Part shown: positions 8,319 to 17,000 of the stretch, in pieces
How the letters are laid out: every line of letters starts with the position of its first letter
How positions within the stretch are numbered: position 1 is the stretch's first letter
Origin: a virus
Taxonomy: Duplodnaviria; Caudoviricetes
Direction: 5' to 3' (one strand)
DNA length: 24,175 nt
Virus record (IMG/VR): IMGVR_UViG_3300046103_000245
Coordinates: 1 to 24,175 of that record
Translations under genes and position numbers: made by a program
The notes under the pieces: generated by a model
The model's input: only the letters and a program-made list of their open reading frames with translations
Told to the model about the DNA's origin: nothing
The model's database searches: none

Positions 8319-9659
8319 ATGAGAGAGATGGTCAGCTTTAAATGCAGCGGAGGACACTCTAGCGAGATGTTTGTCACTGCTGATTGCGTGGCCGCCTCTT
8401 GTCCTAAGTGTGGTGAAGAGGCCACTAAGGTTCTTAGTGCCGATGAAGCGGCGATTAAGCAGCTCAGAGAAGAAGCCGCCGCTAGTAAGGTGGAGCTGAT
8501 GGGTATGCTTCAGGAGGCCACACAAGCCCCTGAAGCCCTCCTAGAAGCAGCCTCTACTAATACCATGCCTGAAGAGGAACGTGCAGTAGCGGTCATTGAG
8601 GAGGCTCCTAGAGTATTGGACATAGACGTAGACTTCGACAACCGTCTCATTATGCAGATGGATGACGGCACTGTTCACACCAGCGAAAGCCCTATTAACG
8701 TGGTGCGTGGGCAAACAGGCTCAACAGGGGCTAAGGGAGAGAGAGGCACCGATGGCACACAGGGCATACCGGGCGCAGACCTACTACCACTCGCTAACAC
8801 GTGGGATGAGCTTAATACGTTTACTCTAGGGCTTACTTCGCCTACTGATATTACGTCTACTGCCGGAAACGGTATCTTCTACGGCGCTCAGGGTAATACA
8901 GCTAACCTAGCAATGGGCGCAGGCGCTCTCGCGCTAACAACAGGAGGACAGAACGTAGGTATAGGCTCAAACGCTGGGACGAACATATCCTCAGGCGAAA
9001 GTAACTTAGCAATAGGTGCATCAGCACTGCTGCTTATAACAACTGGTGTAGGTAACGTAGGTGTCGGACAAGGCGCTATGTTTCTAGCTACTGGCTCTCA
9101 GAACGTAGCCATTGGTCGCGTAGCTGGGCAGAGCTTAGGATCAGGAGATAACAACACTGTTATAGGATGCGGCATGACTGCTGCTCAGATGGACAATACA
9201 GTGCTGATTGGCGCTGGTGCTACAGAGCGTCTGAAGATAACCTCTAACGCTGTAGTTATGGGTAACAACGCAGGGCAGTCCAGCAGCTCGAACTCTGTAG
9301 CTATCGGCAACTCAGCAGGTAAGAGTTCACAAGGTTCAAGCAGTTTGGCTATAGGAACGAGCGCGGGCCAGAACTCACAGGGCGTCTACTCTATAGCTAT
9401 TGGACGTGGAGCAGCTAAGGACAACCAAGGCGATCACAGCATCGTCATCAACGCCTCTGGAGGTACACTCAATGACGCCACCGATGGTAACATACACATA
9501 GCAAGTGACGAAGGTTCGATAGACTTCACTGCCGCTGGCGGCTGGACAATAACGGACGCAGCAGTAACAGAAGTATTATTTACTAAAGAAGCACTGCAAG
9601 CAGTCGCAGCAGCCGCTACGGACTTCGCAGACTTCCAGACTAGGATAGCGGCCCTCTAG
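8319..9659 (+). CDS. Second fibre protein, paralogue of 5435-8068, with N-terminal zinc ribbon
   Basis: AAAGGAG SD. N-terminal CSGGH...CPKC. Shares DFDNR, collagen, NTWxxxNTF, AIG repeats and TDFADFxxR[IV]AAL with the 877-aa fibre. Confidence 0.8.
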   Translation: MREMVSFKCSGGHSSEMFVTADCVAASCPKCGEEATKVLSADEAAIKQLREEAAASKVELMGMLQEATQAPEALLEAASTNTMPEEERAVAVIEEAPRVLDIDVDFDNRLIMQMDDGTVHTSESPINVVRGQTGSTGAKGERGTDGTQGIPGADLLPLANTWDELNTFTLGLTSPTDITSTAGNGIFYGAQGNTANLAMGAGALALTTGGQNVGIGSNAGTNISSGESNLAIGASALLLITTGVGNVGVGQGAMFLATGSQNVAIGRVAGQSLGSGDNNTVIGCGMTAAQMDNTVLIGAGATERLKITSNAVVMGNNAGQSSSSNSVAIGNSAGKSSQGSSSLAIGTSAGQNSQGVYSIAIGRGAAKDNQGDHSIVINASGGTLNDATDGNIHIASDEGSIDFTAAGGWTITDAAVTEVLFTKEALQAVAAAATDFADFQTRIAAL

Positions 9660-9701
9660 GGAACGCTGCCACACAGAGCCTCACAGGGGCAGGAGAGTAC
9701 A

Positions 9702-9836
9702 ATGGTAATCACACAGACACAGTTTAACGCAGCAATGGCTGAGATCAATGCGTCCTTCATGGCTCTAAGCAAGCGGGTTGAGAAGATCGAGGCAGAGAAG
9801 GCAGCAAAGCCGGTAGCCAATAAAGACAAGAAATAG
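9702..9836 (+). CDS. Hypothetical 44-aa helical protein (not in ORF track)
   Basis: AGGAG SD at 9691-9695. MVITQTQFNAAMAEINASFMALSKRVEKIEAEKAAKPVANKDKK; amphipathic helix with basic tail; ends 1 bp before P2. Confidence 0.75.
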   Translation: MVITQTQFNAAMAEINASFMALSKRVEKIEAEKAAKPVANKDKK

Positions 9837-9837
9837 C

Positions 9838-9866
9838 TTGACAAATGCCCAGCAGTGTGGTATAAT
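9838..9866 (+). promoter_or_regulatory. Perfect-consensus sigma70 promoter P2 (capsid operon)
   Basis: TTGACA (9838-9843), 17-bp spacer, TATAAT (9861-9866), with extended -10 TG at 9858-9859. Confidence 0.92.
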
Positions 9867-9924
9867 AGTTTAATGTTCAGAGGGACAAGAACTACTACAA
9901 GCAACCACTACTAGGGGACAAGCA

Positions 9925-10167
9925 ATGGATGACATGAACGAATACATTGATGCTACACGAGACTTGCTGATGTCTAAGGGCTGGGCTTATATCGTTGAGG
10001 AGCTTGAAGAGCTAGTCGACATGAGGTCAGATGTCCGAGGGATTGCTAGTATAGAAGACCTCTACTTACATAAGGGCATGGTCATGGTGGCTCAGGGTCT
10101 CTTGGACTTGCAGCGTGATATAGAGAGCATAGAGCAGGAGAGAATGGAAGAGGAGGGAGTACATTGA
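9925..10167 (+). CDS. Hypothetical 80-aa acidic helical protein of the type found upstream of podovirus scaffold genes
   Basis: GGGGA SD at 9914-9918; LLMSKGW...LYLHKG pattern; first gene after P2. Confidence 0.8.
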   Translation: MDDMNEYIDATRDLLMSKGWAYIVEELEELVDMRSDVRGIASIEDLYLHKGMVMVAQGLLDLQRDIESIEQERMEEEGVH

Positions 10168-10400
10168 GAATCATAGTAGACATGGTGTGTCCTGAAGGCC
10201 ACCGTAACGAATACTGGGTAGAGAGAGACGTGCGTGAAGCGCCCTGTTCTGAATGCCCAGCCACAGCATCACGAGTTGTTAGTCCAGTTAGAGTCAAGTT
10301 CTTAGGCCACGGTTGGCCTGACAAAGACCACAGCTGGGCAAAGCAACACGAGTATCACGGCGACACGGCTAAGGCTGCGCGCGGTGAACCACTAGGCTAG
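10164..10400 (+). CDS. FmdB-like zinc-ribbon protein
   Basis: TTG start overlapping the upstream TGA, with GGAGGGAG SD. CPEGH-x14-CSEC...RVVS...KFLGHGW matches the FmdB-type zinc-ribbon layout. Confidence 0.75.
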   Translation: MRIIVDMVCPEGHRNEYWVERDVREAPCSECPATASRVVSPVRVKFLGHGWPDKDHSWAKQHEYHGDTAKAARGEPLG

Positions 10401-10474
10401 AGCAATCTAGCAACCACGAGGCCACCCATTCCGGACAAGGCCCACTCATTCCACAACCTATAAGGCGGAATAAC

Positions 10475-11251
10475 ATGGCACGACCATTATTACACAACGA
10501 GACGCCCGAAGAGAACACCGACTTCGACTTCGCTGACCCGTCACAGGCGGACAACTCTGAAGAAGAAGCTGCATCTGATATACCTGAGAAGTTTGCAGGG
10601 AAGTCACAGGCTGAGCTGGCTACAATGCTTATGGAAGCTGAACGCTTTCGGGGCAAACAGGCCAATGAAGTAGGAGACTTGAGACGCAGTGTTGATGAAC
10701 TCCTGAAAGCACAACTCGTTAAGGAGCAGGCAGCCCCTGTGGTAGAAGAAGAAGAGATCGACTTCTTCACCGACCCCGATAAAGCTATTGCACGTAAGAT
10801 TGAGACACACCCTGACATCGTTGCAGCACGTGAGGCGACCACTCGCAACACTCAAGCAGCTACTAAGGCTCAACTCCTACAAGCACACCCCGACATGGAA
10901 GCTATCGTCGCAGACGCCAAGTTTGGCGAATGGGTAGAAGCATCTCCAGTACGTAAGCGCCTCTTGGCAGCAGCCCACTACGACTACGACTATGATTCAG
11001 CTAATGAATTGTTTAGTAATTGGAAGGAACGCTCTGAGATAGCTGATCGTACAGTAGCGGTGAGCAAGCAAGAGCGCAGTCAAGCTATCAAAAGCGCTGG
11101 TACAGGCTCAGGTAACCCTGCACAATCTAAGGTATCCAAGAAGATGTATCGTAGAACGGACATCGTTCGTCTAATGAACAGTGATCCGGAGCGATATGCT
11201 GCAATGTCTGAAGAGATCTTCAAGGCATACGCAGAGAATCGCGTCATATAA
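10475..11251 (+). CDS. Capsid scaffolding protein
   Basis: Directly before the capsid gene. Acidic N-terminus, IPEKFAGKS motif, helical body, C-terminal helix-loop-helix DPERYAAMSEEIFKAYAENRV. Confidence 0.85.
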   Translation: MARPLLHNETPEENTDFDFADPSQADNSEEEAASDIPEKFAGKSQAELATMLMEAERFRGKQANEVGDLRRSVDELLKAQLVKEQAAPVVEEEEIDFFTDPDKAIARKIETHPDIVAAREATTRNTQAATKAQLLQAHPDMEAIVADAKFGEWVEASPVRKRLLAAAHYDYDYDSANELFSNWKERSEIADRTVAVSKQERSQAIKSAGTGSGNPAQSKVSKKMYRRTDIVRLMNSDPERYAAMSEEIFKAYAENRVI

Positions 11252-11284
11252 CCCCACACTTAATCCTTATAGGAAGTAATTCTA

Positions 11285-12232
11285 ATGGCAACATCTGTAT
11301 TCCCCGCAACTGGCGGACAAATGAACAACACTACTCAGGCTGTCTTCATCCCTGAGATCTGGTCTGACGAGATCATCGCTGCTTACAAGCGTACCCTCGT
11401 ACTGGCTAACCTAGTCTCCAAGATGCCTATGACTGGCAAGAAAGGCGACACCATTCACGTACCTAAGCCCACCCGTGGTGCTGTTGCAGCTAAGGTCTCT
11501 GGCCAAGCTGTCACCATGCAGTCTGACGTTGAGAGCGAAGTTATCGTTCTGATCGACCAGCACTTTGAGTACTCACGCTTCATCGAAGACATCACTGAGA
11601 AGCAGGCGTTGAACTCTATGCGTGCCTTCTACACTGGCGATGCTGGTTATGCTCTTGCTAAGAAAGTCGACACCGACCTCCAGAACCTTGGTACTGGTCT
11701 TGGCGATAGCTCTGGTAAAGTAGCCGCTCCTACTACTTCTGATTGGGTCAACTCTGCTGTCCTTAAGAATGCCGGATCAGGTTCACTGGTTCCTTTCGTT
11801 GCTGCTGGCGGTGCTGGCACTGCTTTTGACGATGCTGCTTTCCGTAGCCTTGTACAATTGCTGGACGACGCTGACGTACCTATGGACAACCGTTCATTCG
11901 TCATCCCACCTGCAATGCGTAACGTAATGCTTGGTATTGACCGGTATGTTTCTAGCGACTTCGTTGGCGGCACTGGCGTTGAGACTGGTCTCATCGGTGA
12001 ACTGTACGGCATTAAGTGCTACGTCACTACTGCTTGCCCAGTGATCGAGACTGGCGTTCGCGCTGCTACTCTTCTGCACAAGGACACTTACGTCCACGCA
12101 GAGCAGTTGGCTGTTCGTTCACAGAGCCAGTACAAGCAAGAGTTCCTTGCTGACTTGTTCACAAGCGACACTATCTACGGTACGCAGGTTATGCGTCCTG
12201 AAGCTGGATTCGTCTTGGCTGTAGCTGGATAA
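11285..12232 (+). CDS. Major capsid protein (HK97 fold)
   Basis: 315 aa. FIPEIWSDEII, KGDTIHVP, AGYALAKKVD, LDDADVP, GELYGI and DTIYG motifs. Followed by a terminator. Confidence 0.93.
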   Translation: MATSVFPATGGQMNNTTQAVFIPEIWSDEIIAAYKRTLVLANLVSKMPMTGKKGDTIHVPKPTRGAVAAKVSGQAVTMQSDVESEVIVLIDQHFEYSRFIEDITEKQALNSMRAFYTGDAGYALAKKVDTDLQNLGTGLGDSSGKVAAPTTSDWVNSAVLKNAGSGSLVPFVAAGGAGTAFDDAAFRSLVQLLDDADVPMDNRSFVIPPAMRNVMLGIDRYVSSDFVGGTGVETGLIGELYGIKCYVTTACPVIETGVRAATLLHKDTYVHAEQLAVRSQSQYKQEFLADLFTSDTIYGTQVMRPEAGFVLAVAG

Positions 12233-12247
12233 TCTCCACTTAGCTTT

Positions 12248-12281
12248 AAGGCCCTGTCATCGTAAAGGTGGCGGGGCTTTT
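12248..12281 (+). terminator. Intrinsic terminator after the capsid gene
   Basis: GCCCTGTCATC-GTAAA-GGTGGCGGGGC stem (several G-U pairs, so it folds well only on the + transcript) followed by TTTT. Confidence 0.75.
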
Positions 12282-12312
12282 CACGTACTGACACCCCACA
12301 CAGGACACACCA

Positions 12313-12744
12313 ATGGCAACAGCAATCATCACTAAGAATAGCAGCACCCCCGCAGCAGTGCCAGTATTGGCAGACCTCCTTGCTGGCGAACTCGCGGTTA
12401 ACACTGCTGACGGAACCCTCTTCGCAGGCACAGGCTCAGGCGTTATACAAATTGGAGACCCAGATTCGGCCCTAACTAATGCGGCCAACGTATTCACAGA
12501 GACCAACACATTCGCAGACCTCGCAGCAGACGCAGTTACGGCTGTCTCTGTAGACACAGGAGATGTAACAGCAGCGGCAGTCACAGCAGTATCCTTTGCA
12601 GGGGACGGCTCAGCCCTCACTGGACTCCCAGCATCAGGCGTAACAGCAGGCAACGGGGTGGACGCTATAGAGGTGTTAACAACAGCAGCATACACAGCTC
12701 TATCTCCCAAGGTGTCCACTACAATGTACGTACTTATAGGGTAG
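12313..12744 (+). CDS. Short fibre/adaptor protein
   Basis: N-terminal GELAVNTADGTLF (fibre attachment-type motif, Mtd-N-like), FAGDGSALTGL shaft motif, C-terminal LTTAAYTAL...TTMYVL motif. Confidence 0.7.
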   Translation: MATAIITKNSSTPAAVPVLADLLAGELAVNTADGTLFAGTGSGVIQIGDPDSALTNAANVFTETNTFADLAADAVTAVSVDTGDVTAAAVTAVSFAGDGSALTGLPASGVTAGNGVDAIEVLTTAAYTALSPKVSTTMYVLIG

Positions 12745-12747
12745 ATA

Positions 12748-14085
12748 ATGACTATACCAATAGAAGGCGTTACATGCAGAGCAGTACAGGGAACAACCAC
12801 CACAACAGCAAGCGTTACAGATACGGACATGCTACCTAACGGTGAGTTCCCTAAGTTTGCTGTCGTTGATATATGGCTTCAGTCTGCTAATTCATCAGAA
12901 GATACTAACACAGGCGACATACGTGCCACCTTGTCATTCACACGGTGGTTCGTAGACGCAAACGGATCAGCCGTTTGCGGCCTACAGAAAGACGGGTTCA
13001 GTCCGCCTGAAGGCGTTAACTCATCAGGGGCTGTAATTAACGTGGTGCGTCTGGATACAGCGAATCAAAGCGCTGACGTTGCTGTTGTGCTTAGTGCTGG
13101 CGGATTGATTGTAAGCGTGGCTAACGCTACTGCTGACGCTCAGGTACACTACGTAGCTCGTATGTACTCAGGCCGAGGCATACTAAACGCCAAGCTAGTG
13201 AGTCAGCAGTCCAATACCACCTCCGTAACGGGCTTGTCATTCGAGCCTAACACCCTGTTAGCTATGGGGTCGTTTAACACCGCTAATAACCCAGCGTATG
13301 CGTTCGGCTGCGTAGACAGTACACTCACTCAGGCCTCTTATTGTGTTGCCAGTACAAGCTCTGACACAGGCTCAGCCGTATCCAACAGTGGCACAGGACT
13401 ACGTATGATTAGAGGGGACGTGGCCACTTCCGTCAGTGTTGTAACAGTGTGGGAAGTTACAGCCTTTACGTCAGACGGCTGGACTAATACTAGGGCTGGA
13501 ACAGGCAACCCCTTCTATTTAGTGGTTCCTATTCACGTCATAGCCCTCAGACTGGCCGATCCTACAGACTTCGAGGCAGACCTATCAGTAGACAGCAACA
13601 CCCTGTCCGATACAGTCACGCTTGATAACCCCTTCTGCAACATTAACTGGGAGACGGTTAGAGGCTGTGTTCGTAACGGCGTCACCATTGACGGAGGAAC
13701 AGCAGGCACATCTACAGGGCTGTCTACGTACTCCGTTGACACAGCAACAGGAGTGCCAGTGGGTAGCTCGTGGGTCGTAGACGCTACCGCAGCACATAGC
13801 TACATTAGCCTAAACCCTAATGGGGTCTTAGCGCGTGTCATAGATACTCAAGATGACATCAACGAGTGGACTCCTACACTACAGAGTGGCAACAAAGGCC
13901 TAGACTACGCCCGCACCTCTGGGTCTGCCTTGTCAGATGACGTGGTGTACTTCTCTTGGGGATTCGTTCAGTCTGCTAAGTACAACATATACGTAGGAGG
14001 CAGCGCCATAGCAGACATAGGGGTAGGCATCACACCCCCTGACGAGATACTGGTCGGTCTATCCTCAGTAACTAACGCAATATAA
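12748..14085 (+). CDS. Hypothetical beta-rich virion protein, possible receptor-binding/spike subunit
   Basis: 445 aa, Ser/Thr/Val/Gly/Asn-rich; starts 3 bp after the fibre adaptor gene. No catalytic motif recognised. Confidence 0.6.
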   Translation: MTIPIEGVTCRAVQGTTTTTASVTDTDMLPNGEFPKFAVVDIWLQSANSSEDTNTGDIRATLSFTRWFVDANGSAVCGLQKDGFSPPEGVNSSGAVINVVRLDTANQSADVAVVLSAGGLIVSVANATADAQVHYVARMYSGRGILNAKLVSQQSNTTSVTGLSFEPNTLLAMGSFNTANNPAYAFGCVDSTLTQASYCVASTSSDTGSAVSNSGTGLRMIRGDVATSVSVVTVWEVTAFTSDGWTNTRAGTGNPFYLVVPIHVIALRLADPTDFEADLSVDSNTLSDTVTLDNPFCNINWETVRGCVRNGVTIDGGTAGTSTGLSTYSVDTATGVPVGSSWVVDATAAHSYISLNPNGVLARVIDTQDDINEWTPTLQSGNKGLDYARTSGSALSDDVVYFSWGFVQSAKYNIYVGGSAIADIGVGITPPDEILVGLSSVTNAI

Positions 14086-14096
14086 CGGAGCGTCAC

Positions 14097-17000
14097 ATGG
14101 CTAAGAAGGAAGGAATGTTCAACGCTTCTCAGATAACGGGTAAGACTTGGGCGGATATGAACAATACAGAGAAGGCTGCTCACGTTGTAGGACGAGGAGG
14201 CGACACCAGCATCTTCAGTAAGCAGGACTTAGCTTCGGGCAAGGGCTGGCTAGACACTAACGTAGGCGACAAGCAAGCACAGACTAGCTTGTTCGTACAG
14301 GCCCGTGACGCAGCAGGACAGCGCGTAGAGGATGGGATGTTTGGCGGCACAGATGCACAGGCAGCTAGAGCCACACAGCTTGCTCAACTAGCCACCCCCG
14401 GCTGGAGCATGGAGACTGACATAGGAGGAGCCGTAGGAGGCGTAGCCACATCAGGAGGAGCTAGTCTAGGAGTGGGGTATAGAGACCCTATAGACACAAG
14501 CGTATTCGACAAGATGGACGGTACGGCCTCTGAGGGCATGTTCTCTAATGAGAAGCAGACAACAGGCTCGTGGGACAACAACAAAGGCTGGACCCTATAC
14601 AACCCAGAGACACGTGAGTTCGAGAACTACGCAGACCCCGGCAGAGAGGATGGCACTAGCGCCTTCACTGCTGGCGAGGGCAACACAGGTTACTACAAGA
14701 CTGCTGACGGTAAGACCGTACTAGGCTTCCTGCCCTCTGAGTCTATACCGGTGTCTGATGGCACAGGAAGCAGTAACGTATCAGTAGCAGCGGCTCCTCT
14801 CACAGCTGAAGAGGTTGCAGCTAAGACTGATGCAGAGATAGCAGCAGAGAATCTCACCCCTGTAGCTCCTCCTCCCTTTGTGTGGGAAGGCACATATAAC
14901 GATGCCACCAGTATTATACAAGAGTCAGACAGCTTGTTCTTCTCTGGCGAAAGCAACAGCGAACGTGGACAGGAGCTTAACAGCATACTATCAACAGCTG
15001 ACTTCCAGACACAGTACGTTGCAGGCTTGAGGGACGACCCTGCTACAAACCCGCAGGAGTTCTTCAACAGCATACACACTATGTTCTTCTACAACCCTGA
15101 AGAGTTCAGCAAGTGGCAGGCCAACCCTGCTAACCGAGACATGGCCTTACGCTTCCACGCTATGGCAGCAGCCGGTGGGTTCCCGTCCAATGACGGCCTT
15201 AGAGTTAAGGGCGAGCTTGTATGGGGCGATGAAGCAGGAACATGGACACACGAGAAGCATCAACAGTATGCTAACGTACTCGGAGACCAAATCAGGCAAG
15301 ACCTAGGATGGGGAGACGAGTACGAGCGTGACGGTAGCATGATTGCTACAGGGTACAGCGGTGAGTACAGCAAGGATGTCAACAACGCCAGCAGTGGCGG
15401 AGACTTCTGGAAGATAGGAACATCACAGAAGAAGACAGACGGCGTAGGCAACTTCGTTAAGGACAACCCCGTACAGGTGGCAGCTATCGTAGCGTCACTG
15501 GCGTTCGCTCCTTATGCTACACAAGCTATAGCAGGATCGCTGGCTGGTGTTGTACCCGCTGCTGCCATACCTGCTGTGTCTGGAGGGCTGTACGCCGCTG
15601 GAGCGCAGCTTACGACTCAGCTTGTAACAGGTCAGGACTTAGACCTAGCGGGAGCGCTTAAGACAGGCGCCATAACAGCAGCCACTTTCGGCATAGTTCA
15701 GACAGGTGCTGAGTATTTAACAAAGGCAGCTGGCGTATCAATGGAGGTGGCAGAGAGAGCCGTGTCTATTGGACTGGAGACAGCGGCCAACGGTGGAGAC
15801 CTAGTAGCTGCTGTAACTGATGAGCTTATCTCTAGTGGTATGGAGCTAGCTGGTAACGCATTAGACGGACTCACTGGTGCCATAGGTGACTTCGTGACGG
15901 GTGACGGTGCTGTTGACTGGGATCCAAATGAGCCTCGGCCTGATTGGATGTCAGACGATGAGTATATGTCTGCGGTGGCTGGCGGATTCGATGGCAATGT
16001 CGTAGGCAGCGGTACCTCCTTGAATGGGCCTAGTGGCCTTGAAGAGTTTGACATATTCAGCGACACAGCGGCTCTTACTCCTCTTGGCGATGATACCTTT
16101 GAGGGTAACATCCAAGGCATGACAGACTACAATGCCGAAGACGTAGGCAACTTTGAGCAGAACCTCACCAGCCTACAAGAGTCAGGCTACCCCATCGTTG
16201 ACCAACACGGAGACGAGCTGAGCATATCAGGCGACTACGTTAAGAACGGAGACGATGATACATGGATTAGATTAGAAGACGCTAATGGCGGAGACGGCAG
16301 CGGCGGTAATGGCGGAGACGGGGACGGCGGCAACAACGGAACAGGCTCTAACGGTAACGGCGGCGAAGGCGATGGTGGTATGCTCGGAAAAGGCGGAGTA
16401 GGCGAGGGCGGCGTAGGCGGCACTGGCGGCACTGGCACCCCACCACCTACTGATGCAGAGTGGCAAGATACCCTTGGCCAGATGGAAGCTCAAGGTATGC
16501 CAACCACTGATGGATCAGGCAAGCCTCTTAGCAAGGACGTTGAGTATGACTTGATGGACAACGCAGACGGGTCGCAGGACTGGGTAGTTAAGGGCGGTGT
16601 ATCTCAGGATACGTTCGAGGCTAATATGTCTGGCCTTGCTGCTGCTGGTCACCCTACTACAGACACAAGCGGAGAGCCTCTACGTAACGATGGCACTGCT
16701 TACGAGATGGACAGCAACGGAGGGTTCGTAGACCCTACCAAGGGCGATGGCGGTATGTTCGCAGAGTTCGACCCTGACGCTGGCATTGAGATAGGAACCA
16801 CACCTGAAGACATTACTGGCGATGGCGCTCTCGGCCCACAGATGCTCGGCGGCTATATTGATGATGCGGGTGTCTTCCACGCAGAGGGCGGCAGTGGCAT
16901 ACAAGTAGGCAACGGCACTCCTGTCGAGGGTGGCCCAGACTCTTGGGAGTCTCACGTAGAGGCTGTCTCCACAACGTCTTCAACTGGTGTAGTAGAGTTC

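Noticed and set aside
1-12300. ACCCCACA at 1, 11251 and 12293, all at or near intergenic positions
   Set aside because: Only 8 bp with no conserved flanks; cannot be separated from chance without related genomes.
12230-12313. Capsid readthrough or frameshift extension into the next gene
   Set aside because: No slippery sequence at the capsid 3' end, another in-frame stop follows shortly, a terminator intervenes, and the next gene has its own AGGA SD.
12313-14085. Diversity-generating retroelement suggested by the Mtd-N-like motif
   Set aside because: No reverse transcriptase and no template/variable repeat pair differing at adenines were seen in the window.
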